DNA of 64,000 nucleotides from Enoplolaimus lenunculus (Eukaryota): NCBI GenBank assembly GCA_030248215.1, contig JASANG010000727.1, positions 124,001 to 188,000 of the forward strand, read 5' to 3'. Shown piece by piece: positions 1 to 11,931 of this stretch (position 1 is its first letter; each line of letters starts with the position of its first letter). The notes under the pieces were generated by a model. It saw only the letters and a program-made list of their open reading frames with translations, ran no database searches and was not told where the DNA came from. The position numbers and the translations under genes were made by a program.

Positions 1-967
1 CCTTTCGTTTTAAACTTTCACCTCAGGCTCCGGTAACATTTGTTGACATCCGGCTCCAGTATTTTTTACCTACGGTTGCACCCTGGTTAACATCCTGTAA
101 TCGAATATCAGCTTTTTGTAATAATCGGTATCTGTTCTCGTTATAGAAATGCCGAAAATTCCGTGTCTACGTTCAAAATTAGTTATAAATCGAGTACGTT
201 TTCGTTTGAAAATTGTCAAATTCTTAAACGCGCGTCAGAGTTTTTACCTGCGCCAAACCTTTAAAGAGTTGTGCCAATCATACGCTATTAACAAAGCTAG
301 ACAGTGAGCGTTGAAAAAAAGCAAAAGTTTTGTGCTTAATTCGGTTGCGTTTAAAAAGCTTTCATGTGTAAAATTCATAAGAGCTATAACGCAAACTGTA
401 TTAAAGTGTAAATCACCCTGCGATCTTTAAAGTACTGGTTTAACTTCAGGCGCAGGTAAAAAGTGGGTCGTGAATAAATGTTTTTCGTGTGAGTAAACCC
501 GTGGGTAAAAAATTCTTATTTGTCTCGATGAAGCGTGGGTCGGGTAAAAACAATCCGTGCTCACATCTCAACTCTGATTCCTGATCCCAACTATTAGACA
601 TTAAACGTTTCATACGTTTAGTAAAGTCATTGGGCAGTGGAACGCTTGCGTTTTTTAAAGTTACCGAAAACTCGGTTACTTTCGTTTCTTTATTGGCCCA
701 TGTTAAGTATACAGGTCTGCCCACTGAGAGACACGGACTGGAGACGTAGAAAGTGGGCAGCTTAGGCTTTTAGGGTTATGTTTAGGAGTAGGCGTAGTAA
801 AATTAGCCCGTATATTTCATGCAGGATTCTATTTATAGCATGTGTTAAATGTTTCAGACAACCAGTACAAAATCAAACTTCACGAACTATAGTAATGTAT
901 ATTCATCATTTATGTTGAATGCTGTATAGCCTGAAAGCGTTTTACCCTCGCGTGCTATAAATGTATT

Positions 968-3900
968 ATGGCGTTCAAATTGCCTGAATTTTCGTCTTGC
1001 ATTGACGCTTCTGGCATGTTAGTCTGTGTGGGTCTTGTTGACGGCCGTATTCAATTTATGCAATTTTCAGAAAACGACTCACAAATAGCGTCTACCAGTG
1101 CTGTTGCTGTGTCATGACTTGCAGAGCCTGACGTAGTTTTGTCATGCAAACAAAAAGGTGAGCGGAGTTGGTAGGTAGTATGTGAGTACGCGTAGTCTCA
1201 GAAGTTTTCGTATTTAGAGAGTTTACATGTAAAGTTTAAAGGATGCAGTAATGTCTGGTAAAAGATTTGCCGCAAGCTTGGCAGGATTGCGGCTCTTCGT
1301 TGGAAGCATTTTAGCAGGACAAGGCTTAGGTTGGGCAAGGAAAATTTAAATCACTAGGTGAGAAACTGCCAGGCCAGGCTGTCAGGTATATATGCCGGCT
1401 GAGCGATACGTGCCAGTAGTGAAAAAGCCGGTTTTACCCATCGCTCTTAAATAGTCAAAAATATCAAACAAAAAGACCATCTATGCGCTCCATTTAACAT
1501 TTCATGCGATATCAGGAACGTTTTAAAATACAAATTGCATGCTATTTTGTTTATCCATCTAATTTTACAGGTGTCAGCAGCATTCCACTTTTGCAACGAA
1601 CCATTTCGCCAATCATCATAACATAATTCAAAGTTTGTACCTCCTTCGCAAGGAGTAGGGACAATTTAGATATATTTTAATAGCATGCGTGTCATTGCAT
1701 TACTTTAAGACAGGTGTTAGTCATAGCATAGGTTAACACTTGGTACAAGCTACGTAGCAGATATTAAACAATATTTCATTATGCGAGCCCTTGTAAGGTA
1801 ACAGACAATGGAGTAGATGCAGGTCGGTAGCTGCAACTGAGTACAACTAAATCTTTTGACGCATCGACATGAAAATTTGCTGTTTGTATAGAATGGCTGT
1901 GGTCAAATAGTTGCACAACCAGTGTACTGATCTTTTGGACATCATAATTTAAATGCCTCTCCGCGCGAGAACAGAGTTGGACCTTTTAAGATTGAGTAAA
2001 ATTTTTTACAATAGCGTGCACAGTATTACGTGAATGCTCTATAAATAATGCGCATGTGCAAATTAATATAAACGCGTGTTATTCACTGTTATAATAGTTG
2101 CGTACAGGGTGCAACCGGAATTCCGGTTCCGGTTCCGGCATTTTTTCACCTTCCGGTTCCGGTAAATTTTTACCGGATTTAAAAATTCCGGTGTTAAAAT
2201 TTGGCCGTTTTCTTAACTTTGCTAATTTTTAAGAATCTCTTTTGAAAGCCACCTGTACTTCGAATATAAGCCATTGATGGTGGATTTCACTTCAGTCGAT
2301 CATGAAAATCTAAAATACAACAAATAAAATAAATACCTATGTTCGACTAAGGTTATTTCACAAATAATAGAGCAAAAAATAAGATTAAAATGAAATTTTT
2401 GGTGAAATGCATTTTTAACTTTCCGGTTCCGGTAAATGTAATTCCGGTTGCACCCTGGTTGCGTATTCAGATTCACTCTTGAGCTCCGTCATAAATTCAC
2501 AAATTAACTATTTTGAATATTAGTGTTAATTGGTAAATAAGTAAGCCAAAATATGTGGTTGTGCTTTATAAGCTTGCTGCGTTTAACTGGACTGATTACA
2601 ATCAAGTTCTACTACGACAGGCATGTCGTTCAGTTTGAATTATCTTGAGCTTTCGTTCAGTAGGGGGCTGCCGTCCCCCCTGATCCCTTCGCAACTTTAA
2701 GGAAATAAATTGTTTTCGATGAGTTAACTTGTCAATAATTGATTTTAGTTTTACATATTTCTCAGTTGTACATATGAAAAACTTTGTTTGAAAGTAAATT
2801 TGGCGGTTTCATTGTGTTTTCACGCGTAAATATAGCCGTCAAAATGTGGGGGGAGGGAAGTGTACAATGGCCGGTTTTGTCTCAAGCGAGCGTGAAGTAT
2901 TTTTTGGCTTGCAAGATTACGCACGCTGTTACAAAATTGTATAAAAGCCTTTTTCTTCGTCTCTCGAGAAGTGTCAGTAAGACGTTTATCACTCCATCGG
3001 CTTTATCTACGACCCTAGCGGTTTTTAACAGTCGCATTTACGGTCGTTATGACTTTATGTCAACGACACACTTGCTGATCTGTATTGTATTTGTCGTGAG
3101 TTTTTGTCTCACCTCACCGCAAACGAAATTTTAGTGAAGGTCTTTAGTTTATGTGATACTGTTTGACTTAATATTGTATTGTACCTTTGTTTGTATGACT
3201 TTTTCAGCTGCGATTCGACAAATCAAATTTTCAAACTGCACTTCTGGGAACACAGTGTTTAGCGTTTCGCGGAATAAAGCGTTGTGTCAGTGGAACGTAG
3301 AATCTGGTAAACGAATGCGATGCATCAAACAAGCCCATCCGCATGGTTCGCCGTATGCGTTGGCTGTTGTATCTGAACATCAGGTATCGTTAGTGTATTT
3401 TTTATTTTGAGCGGTTTTATTGATATGTATTGTTGTCGGTTTCTAGGTGACCTGAACCGAGAAAAGTTTTAGCATCGGGCTTTTCGAAGTTTTTCACTAC
3501 TGGTTGATTAGTATCGTTTTAAATAATTATTTTGTTTGCGATCGCGGAAAAGGGCAGGGGTTGTATATAAACTACCTTAGTAGTTTTAGTGGGTTTTGAC
3601 TGTCGTTTTGAGGTATAATTACAACGTACTCAAGGTTATTGTGGATTTATCAACGGCGGGGGAAGGTTACTTACTGCGCTTGATGGTAACTGGTTTATCT
3701 GTATGACAGACTCTCAGTAAATATGTATATATTCGCGGGTATCTCAATGCTCACGTGATCAGAGTTTCAAAGCTTAAATTTGTCGACAAAGCTAACGACA
3801 GTGTGTCAGATGTTAGACTAGGACTAGCTTTTAGTATCAGAATTTACGAAATTTAGATATCAACTAGCCAATATGGTTGCAAATTTGCAACCCTAAAACA

Positions 3901-6844
3901 TTCATCACTAAAGTTTTTAAGAATTTGTTTTAAGTTGCATATATATGCTGTATCTTGTTTGTATTTGAAACAATTATTACAACAGTTAGAACGCAGCACA
4001 AAATACGTATGTGGGACGATACAGCTTTAATATTATTGATATGTTTGAGATATTGTTCGCTTTTCCGGTATATGTAAATCGCCTTGTTTAGAGTGTAGAC
4101 TTTAATGCACGGATCATTTATATCTATGTCAGGGTGCAACCGGAATTGCAATTTACCGGAACCGGAAAGTGAAAAATGCATTTCACCAAAAATTTCATTT
4201 TAATCTTATGTTTTGCTCTATTATTTGTGAAATAACCTTAGTCAAACATAGGTATTTATTTTATTTGTTGTATTTTAGATTTTCGTCGTCGACTGAAGTG
4301 AAATCCACCATCAATGGCTTATATTCGAAGTACAAGTGGCTTTCAAAAGAGATTCTTAAAAATTAGCAAAGTTAAGAAAACGGCCAAATTATAACACCGG
4401 AATTTTTAAATCCGGTAAAAATTCACCGGAACCGGAAGGTGAAAAAATGCCGGAACCGGAATTCCGGTTGCACCCTGATCTATATATATGTATACACATG
4501 TATACATTAATATATATATTTATATATATTTATTTATTTATATATATTGCCAGCTGTTAAAAAATATATAAGTAGTTACTTGTCAGTCAAATGTTTAAGA
4601 TGCAATGCTTTGCGTTTTAAGTACATTATCACTATCCGCAGGTATCCATATTTAGTGTGGTCATGTTCTAGACGCGAATTATTCGAAACATTCACGCTTT
4701 TTATGAAGTGTTTGAACTGTAGAATTCTAACTTCGTAACTGTTTTTAACAAAAATGTAACAGCGACCGGCGTGCAAGTGCCACATCCGTTTAAGCAAACG
4801 GGTTCTCGCTATGACGCAACTGTGAAACAGACATGAATTCGAGTTTGATTATGAAGTCATTTTCCGTGTCAAATTATGTTCAGGTAGTAACAGGCGATGA
4901 ATCGGGATACGTTCACGTGTGGGACTTTCGAAACCATGCGCAACGTCCAATTATTGAGTTTCATGATACCGACGAGTATGTAACTGATTTAGTCGCGGAC
5001 CAATCAGAACGTTACGTTCTTGCAACCAATGGCGACGCAATACTAACAGCGTATAATATTAAAGCGAAGCGAATGGAACTTCAATCTGAACCAATGCATT
5101 CAGAGCTTAATTGTTTAACGTTGGTCGATAAGGCTCAAAAAGTAAGCGAGCCGCGGCGTTGGTGTAGGTTTCCGTCCGGCCAATTAGGCATAGAAATTAG
5201 CTTGCGTATCGCAAGCGTTTACCTTAAACGTAGAGATGTTAGCGTTTCTAGGGCGCCGAAAGCCAACGTTTGTTTTAGTGTATTTTTGTTAATCTATGCG
5301 CCATGGCGTCTGAAAAACCCTGATTGGCGAGTAGAATATTTCAATTGATCGCCAAATCAACGACAAAATTTCGGTGTCGTTGATTGGCTGAACATTTTTG
5401 CTTCAAACGGTAATTAAACGTAACAAAACAGTAAATGCAGATTCTACTCTTCTAAAAACTTAAACTTAAATTGTAGCTTAACTAAACTTGAATATCAGTT
5501 TAAGTAAAACTTGAATGGCTGGACGGACTAACTAAACTAGAATTTTAAGTTTTACATGAACTAACGTGTTTTTAAGTTTAACACGAGTTTAAGTAAACTT
5601 ATTTCTAAATTAAGTAGCAAGTGCAGCCGTGTGTCTAAGAGTTCAGTAAGTTTAGCTTAAACTGAAAATATATAGGATTTTAAGTGAGTTTAAGCATAAA
5701 CCTACCTGTTAATTTAGTTAATCTAAAAAGTTAGTTTAGGTAGTACTGGTGGATTAGCTTAAGGTTAAATCAAGTTATTTTAAGCTTTTAGAGAGTACTC
5801 TTTGTTTCGAAGCGTCTCAAAACAATTTAAATTTAATACAAGCAAAAGTCGTTAATAATAATGACTCTTTACAAGAGTATGCAACTGGGCACATTCTGTG
5901 TAGAAACAATGTAATCGGCACACGTTGCGTTTTTGCTCAACCCCCTTTGTTTAGAGGAGACGTATAACCGGTGCGAACCACGCCACTTTATGTATGCTGC
6001 GTCAAACACGCTTTCCTTGTAGATTAATTTAGGTGTATTCATGCGATAGCGGCCCCCTCTAAACAAGGGGGGTCGGTCAGAAACGCAACGCGCGGTGGTA
6101 CATTTGGTACCATGCGGTTCCCAAGAGATGCACACTCTTCTTGTTATTCACTGTTGATACAAGGGATAGATTTTGTAAAATTGTATAAATTGTCTTTTTA
6201 GCTTTATAATTTTGCTTCGCTGGCAAGTTTGGCATAGTTTTTGCGAAGTTAAATTGGGACACTATAAAACATCTGTAGAATAAGGATATTTTTGTGATTT
6301 CGTTTTAGTAGTTAGAAACCTTTGGTTTAAGCTTAACTTTAAGCCTAAGCCTAAGCCTAAGTAGTTTGGTAAGTGTAATTGATTTTACGCTAATTGTGTT
6401 TTCGATTTTAAGCTCATCTGTGGCGGAACTGATGGCAATTTTGAATTGTTCAACATCGGCGAATGGGGAAATATTACCGATCGTCATAAAAGCACTCATT
6501 CTGAAGGAGTTGAAGCGTTAGTGACGATACCAAACACGCAGTTGGTTGCATCAGGCTCATCTGACGGTAAGGTCCTTTTGCATCACATTTGTCCGAATCA
6601 AGTCATCGGAACGATTGGATGTGTTGAAAATGATTCAAGCGTCGGTATTCTTGGCTTAGCAGTGAGCGAGTGTGGACATTGGCTATTCAGTATTGGTATC
6701 GACGAGTATTTACGTTGGTGGAATTGTAAAACGATCGCTGAAGGTGTTCCAGTTACAAATTCAGGACGAGAATTGAAACGATGGAGAAAATTGAAACGAA
6801 AAGCGGTCGATGAAAGCGAAAGCGGCTTTTTTGATGGTTTATAA
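968..6844 (+). CDS. WDR55: WD repeat-containing protein 55-like (WDR55/JIP5 family, nucleolar WD40 protein), 4+ exons, ~340-350 aa
   Basis: Exons 968-1157 (MAFKLPEF..VGLVDGRIQF..SCKQK; donor G|GTGAGC), 3208-3383 (ttttcag|..AIRQIKFS..EHQ|GTATCG), 4884-5141 (VVTGDESGYVHVWDFR..QSEPMHSELNCL..K|GTAAGC), 6413-6844 (ttttaag|LICGGTDG..SGFFDGL*). Intron phases are mutually compatible. The motifs TGD-x-G-x3-WD-x-R, L-x-SEP and C-terminal FF-x-GL are recalled as WDR55 hallmarks. Exon 1 has an in-frame TGA at 1115-1117 (see findings), so the 5' structure is uncertain. Confidence 0.88.
2105..2457. mobile_element. hAT-like MITE (CAGGGTGCAACCGG TIR family)
   Basis: TIRs CAGGGTGCAACCGGAATT / AATTCCGGTTGCACCCTG; perfect 8-bp TSD GTTGCGTA (2097-2104, 2458-2465). 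Confidence 0.85.
4130..4477. mobile_element. hAT-like MITE, near-identical inverted copy of 2105-2457
   Basis: Same TIRs; TSD ATCTATGT/ATCTATAT; interior is the reverse complement of the 2105-2457 copy. Confidence 0.85.
5866..6145. mobile_element. MITE family (ACAAGAGT..GCAACTGGG..ACATTCTG), related copies at ~32122-32470 and ~53740-54060
   Basis: Three dispersed similar copies; the 32.1 kb copy shows terminal inverted repeats CAAGAGTGGATGATCACTCT / AGAGTGATCATCCACTCTTG. Confidence 0.6.
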
Positions 6845-7912
6845 TTGGTACGGCCACTACAAAGTGCTTTACAACCGTAATTATCCGGTGAATTAAAGGT
6901 TTATTTGTCTTGTATCAATAGCTTGACCGATAATTCAAGGCTATACTTAGGAATGTACTTTCATAATTTAAGTACGCTTTAAAGTTTCGAAATCAAATTA
7001 TTTTGTCCTGGAGTCATTTATGCGCAACAATTAGGGTTAATTGACCTTTATGGACTCTAATTGGACCCCCCTCTTACTACCCCCTCTTATTCGGGTCAAT
7101 ATAGTATATTTAGTTTAATGTAAGATATGCGCAACAAATAGCGGAGACAATGCCGAAATTACTTATCACGGACGTTAATTGCTGAAATGTCGCGAGGGTA
7201 TTAATTTACTGATATGCTGCCTAATTGTCGCAAAATATCTATTCCTACTTAGTACGGATGGGTGCATAACCCAATTATATACCAGTCGACGCAGATGACA
7301 GACCTGAGTCATATGGTGTTCTGGTTAATGAATGAGGTATTGCGATATAATTGATTTGCCGCGCTTCCAATGATTTGAAACGGCGCCAAATCAGTTATTT
7401 GATTATAACTCGTTAATCAGACATCTGATTGCGAAAAATTTAACGTCATTCGACTCAGCTCCGCAAGCTTCGCCAAATAGTATATAATCTGTCTAACTTT
7501 TTAACAAAAATTTTTTTCCATAGTGTATCATATCTAGATCGGTCGCGTTTTGTAACTGGTTTAAATAACACTTAATTATCAATATGCTTGCAACTGTAGC
7601 ACTGTTCTGTGATAATTTCGACACCTCTATATTTGGTCTGGAAGAAGCTTTCGAAAACTCTCAGTACGCAAATCATTTTCAAAACATTTATCTACAAGTT
7701 GTGCGGTAAGCAATTTCATGGTTGGATTTTAAACGAAGGAACTCTCGTTTATGACCATATAACCCGTTCCCGTTGTTGTAGATTGAGTTAAAGTATTAAA
7801 TTATTGTTCCATTAATGATACTTACACATCGTCATTAGCTATTTTTTTCTTAACCAGATATGCTGTGTCTTTTCAGGATTGTTGTTTTTTGTAGAGATAA
7901 GCTTGTGATTAA

Positions 7913-8168
7913 TCCTTTCACTCATAGAGTATATACTGTGAGCACCTAAATACAACTAAAATACAAGTAACAGACACTGTGAACAGTGTTTAACAATTCT
8001 AACATATTTATGCAGTGTAAAATCTACACAAGACGTGAGAGTTCTCTCGGGCTCGAGCGTCAAGCTCCTATAACTAAGTGGTCATTGCAAACGTCTCACA
8101 CCCATGAGACTGGGGTTTGAATCTTACCTTACCTCATATGAAATTGAAAATATTCATGCGAGAAAGAG
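7913..8168 (+). mobile_element. piggyBac-like MITE with tRNA-like internal segment (diverged copy)
   Basis: Flanked by TTAA at 7909-7912 and 8169-8172; interior homologous to the 23715-23974 and 35793-36070 copies in opposite orientation. Confidence 0.65.
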
Positions 8169-8725
8169 TTAAACATCATATGAAAGTTGTTTTCCAATCG
8201 TTTCAGAGAGCGCCTCTTCAATAACATAAATTTAGACGTTAAACTTAGAGGGTATAAACGGATAGTAAATAACAGAAACGGATAGTGATTAAAATATTGG
8301 AAGGGGAAAAATGATATATACTGAAGAACAAAAGGTTCAAAGATTTTTTATTTTTAGCGAAATATATATACAATTGAGGCGTGCAAATATTCACCGGGCT
8401 TTCTAAAGTTTTTCAGAAAAATGACGAAAAATTTCTGTTATTTTCGTTATTTTTATAACGGAAACGGACACCGATTTTTAACGAAAACGGAAGCGGATAT
8501 CCGGTTACACCCTTTAACTCAACGTATTTACTTCCATGCAGTCAACAAAGTTGAACTTTAAACATACAAAGCCGAGATTAAGCTGATCACTAATTGAAGC
8601 AGCAAATCGGGTTAGGCTGTCTCACCAAAATATCCTCCAATATTGCTTAGGTATAAAATTGCACAATTCAAACTTAACAGGTAAAATTTCAATCCTCCTA
8701 TAGAAGCACGCTGGCTTGCCGAATC

Positions 8726-8932
8726 TTAGGTGCAGCTGCAAGAACCAGAAGTGATTTGTCCATTAGAAGAGCTGCAGGAATATGATAAGTTCCCACCGCA
8801 CATCTGTTGGCAACACCGCTGATACTGTTTACAGCTATTTGATCGCGATTTGCATTGGCCTGAGTAGTCGGCTCCGACACTTTCGTTTACGATAATAAAG
8901 AAAATTGCCAAAAACAGTAAACGCATGTGCAT
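8726..8932 (-). CDS. Small secreted 8-Cys peptide, CS-alpha/beta defensin-like
   Basis: Intronless 68-aa ORF; hydrophobic signal peptide (MRLLFLAIFFIIVNESVGA); mature region C-x6-C-x5-CC-x3-C-x7-C-x11-C-x-C; same framework as 25854-26096. Confidence 0.75.
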   Translation of the reverse strand: MHMRLLFLAIFFIIVNESVGADYSGQCKSRSNSCKQYQRCCQQMCGGNLSYSCSSSNGQITSGSCSCT

Positions 8933-9378
8933 GGTCGCACTTGACGAGTTTATAAAACAGCAAACTAATAAAAATATAATAATTCAATTATTGTAAAGTG
9001 GTGCTGAAATGCTTCGTCATTGTAAAAGACAGTAAAGTAGCGTGGCTTCTACCTCCATGACTTCTTAGGAGAGACACCGGGCACCAAGTTCCCTTGGCAA
9101 AACTAACACATAATTATCGAGAAGGGAGAGGCCCAACTCGCAAGTCGTGAGGTCCATCGGATACGCTTGCCGCCACACACAGAACAAATGCACAAATTGG
9201 ATATTAGATTTGCTATATATGTGCTTTATAAGCATATTCCTAAACCTATCGCTAAGACTTAACCTAAGCGTAAGAATGACCATATTCCTAAGCCTAGCCT
9301 AAGCCAAGCAAAAGATTAGTCTATAGCTTAAGCATACTCTATTCTAGTCCCACAGAAAAACACTCCGCCCCTGTCTTT

Positions 9379-9764
9379 CAGGGTGCAACCGGAGGTGAAA
9401 AATACCGGAGCCGGAGGTCAACGGAACTTGCCGGAGCCGGAGGTGAGGCGAAATTAGGAACTAAAAATGATGGTGAATTATTAGTTAATTTTAGCTAATA
9501 TCCGCAAAATGTTAAATTGTTTGGTTTTACGCTAATTTTCTGCCAAATTTCGGCAATTCTTTCCTGAAAATTTTGACAAAAGTCAATCGAAACGTACTAA
9601 ACAGATAACTTTAGCAAAATTATGCAAAGTTTGACTACTGAAATTGTGGTAACCTCCGGCAAAAATTCTATCGGAGCCGGAGGCCGATTTTCTACCGGAG
9701 CCAGAGACGGAGGTGGATTTTCTGCCGGAGTCGAAGCCGGAGGCAGACCTCAGGTTGTACACTG
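9379..9764. mobile_element. hAT-like MITE (CAGGGTGCAACC TIR) nested in the end of a TTAGGC-bearing MITE
   Basis: TIRs CAGGGTGCAACC / GGTTGTACACTG; degenerate TSD CTGTCTTT/CTGTCTGC; a related element end lies at window positions 1-86. Confidence 0.65.
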
Positions 9765-10207
9765 CTGTCTGCATGGGTCAGAGTCCGTAAGTAGCGAATT
9801 CTGAGGAATACGGACTTTTGAACCGTGGAACCCCTTTATTACCCCATGTTCTCAGGATTACTAATGTATTGACCCGAATAAGAGATGGGTAATAAAAGGG
9901 GGAACCCATTTTAAGTCCCAATTAATAGGAGTCCGCATCCCTAATAAGAGTCCGTAAGCGGATAGGGTCCTTGAACCCTGATATAATTAGTGGACGCACC
10001 CCTCCCTCTAATTTGGGTCACTACAGTGCTATAACAGTCTTCTACATGTTTATTGTTTTGCGTATATTTTAGAATTGAAGTTAGATTAAACTAAGTTTGT
10101 AAAATTTCGAATGAGTTTAAACCTAACCTATAGTTTAATTTAATTCATCTAGAAAGTTAGTAGTTGAGTAGTTTAAACTTTTGCAAAGTATTGTGTATGC
10201 CACGGTA

Positions 10208-10450
10208 CACTCAAAGTAATATTTCTGATATTTTAACAAAAAATTTCTTACATTTAAGAAATATGGTTAGCAAGATGCACTTGAAAAGTATTTCTGTTAT
10301 AAGAGAAACGTTTTCAAAGAAGTTTTGAAATAAAGACTGAAAATAAACGTTTTCTTGTTATTTTTAGAAACATTGTCTTAATATTACAAAAGCTTTTCAA
10401 ATTTGCTACAGAAAATAGTTTTCTGAATAAATTCAGAATTTTTTTGTGTG
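10208..10450. mobile_element. CAC..GTG-terminated (EnSpm/CACTA-like) MITE, related copies ~24301-24551 (inverted) and ~63310-63548
   Basis: Three dispersed ~245-bp homologous copies (..AATATTTCTGATATTT..TTCTTACATTTAAGAAATAT..), TA-flanked CAC/GTG ends. Confidence 0.6.
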
Positions 10451-11090
10451 TAATACATAAGTACTACAAAGATTACGTTAACAAATTGGCTGCGCATTCA
10501 ACCGAAAAGGTAAGTATACTTATGTAATTTTACTGCTCCACCGTATAAATAGACGCACTAGCAGCGTGGCTGTTAGCATTTTTCATCTAATATTGAAACG
10601 TGGCAAATACGAATGTAAATAACTCGAAGAAGCAACATTTTAGCAAAGTCAAATATATTCTATACGGAACAGGGATCTGGAATTATAAAGATTGCAGATT
10701 TGACATTTTTGTGATAAATTATTGAAAATTAATGCTAACAAAATTGAAGCATTACCAGCAAGAACAAGCATGGTTAAACCTTAATGGTAACGGCCAACCT
10801 GAAATTTTGAGATAGCACAGTGTATTAATAATGAACAAGTAAAATTTCTAGAAAAAGTAATATTTGGTACCTAAAATTGACATCATTTTAGGCACAGTAA
10901 TTCAACAAGAAACGACCTCGTTGTGAAATATACGTTAGTAACACAACGTCTATACATAAATATTGACCACTAGCCGATCCAGAGGGGTCAGGACATAAAA
11001 ATGTGGTGGTTGTTAGAACTGCATGGTCGAGATGACCCCTTCCTTTGAACAACTGCGAATATATATCGTTTTACGCTAAAATTCTCCGAA

Positions 11091-11143
11091 ACCTTGGACC
11101 TCTCGCTCGCGAGTCAAGCGCGCTACCATTACACCACGCGTCC
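11091..11143 (-). pseudogene. tRNA-derived fragment (5' part)
   Basis: Minus strand reads GGACGCGTGGTGTAATGGTAGCGCGCTTGACTCGCGAGCGAGAGGTCCAAGGTT: A-box and start of B-box, with no intact 3' acceptor strand. Confidence 0.4.
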
Positions 11144-11195
11144 GATATCATAACTTCCTCTGGTGCTGTATGTGCACGAGTAGCTACACCGCGTA

Positions 11196-11625
11196 CTGTA
11201 TTGATCCGAATAAGAGGGGGTCCCCGTTTTGGGTCCGAATCAATAAAAGTCCGTATTCCTAATAAGAGTCAAAGCGGATAGAGTCCCTAAACCCTAATTA
11301 GAGTCCATAAATGTCAATCAACCCTAATTGTAGCACATAAATGACTCCAGGACCAAATAATTTGAGTTCGAAACTTTAAAGCGTACTTAAGTTTTGAAAG
11401 TACATTCCTAAGTATAACCTTTTATTATCACACTCAAACTATTGGAACGAGACAAATATACGTTTAATTCAACGGATAGTTGCAGTACCGGATATATATC
11501 AGTAACGAAGGGCGGCGGAGCGTTGGTTAAAAATAAATAACAGTCCGTAACCGAATAACAAGGTGGGGTACTCTCTGGAGATACCAAATAAATATCAGTC
11601 CCCCCTCTTATTCGGGTAAATACAG
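11196..11625. mobile_element. Tc1/mariner-like MITE (~430-450 bp, TA|CTGTA..GACCCGAATAAGAGGGG TIR)
   Basis: TIRs CTGTATTGATCCGAATAAGAGGGGG / CCCCCTCTTATTCGGGTAAATACAG flanked by TA. Further copies at ~14109-14551, 47903-48335, 50909-51277, 53088-53527, 57946-58396, 59477-59928, 60934-61364; partial copies ~6880-7103, ~9780-10026, ~49752-49970. Confidence 0.85.
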
Positions 11626-11679
11626 TATACTCACATTCCCCCTTCTTTTAGGCGGCCGCCCCGGACCGCGAATCCAGTA

Positions 11680-11931
11680 CACTGTAAATTCCAGTGAGTT
11701 GATTTTAACTCAGAATGAGTTGAATCGCTCAGTCTGAGTTAAGACTATCAGAACTGATATTTCTGAGTTGATTCAACTCATTCTGATTTAATTAGGGCAG
11801 CTTTCCCGGAATAAACTCAACTCAGAGTGAGAATCAACTGAACTCAGAGTGAGTTAAAGTATATTGTTATTAACTCCCGAATAATTAACTTCACGCCTGA
11901 ATTGGTTTATTAACTCATTGGAATTTACAGT
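11680..11931. mobile_element. EnSpm/CACTA-like MITE (CACTGTAAATTCCA..TGAGTTGA family)
   Basis: TIRs CACTGTAAATTCCA / TGGAATTTACAGTG, TA flanks; copies at ~20717-20968, 34660-34901, 35715-36225, 36910-37234, 41171-41421. Confidence 0.8.

Noticed and set aside
446..724. 92-aa ORF divergent from WDR55
   Set aside because: Non-ATG start, overlaps a small inverted-repeat element, no family resemblance.
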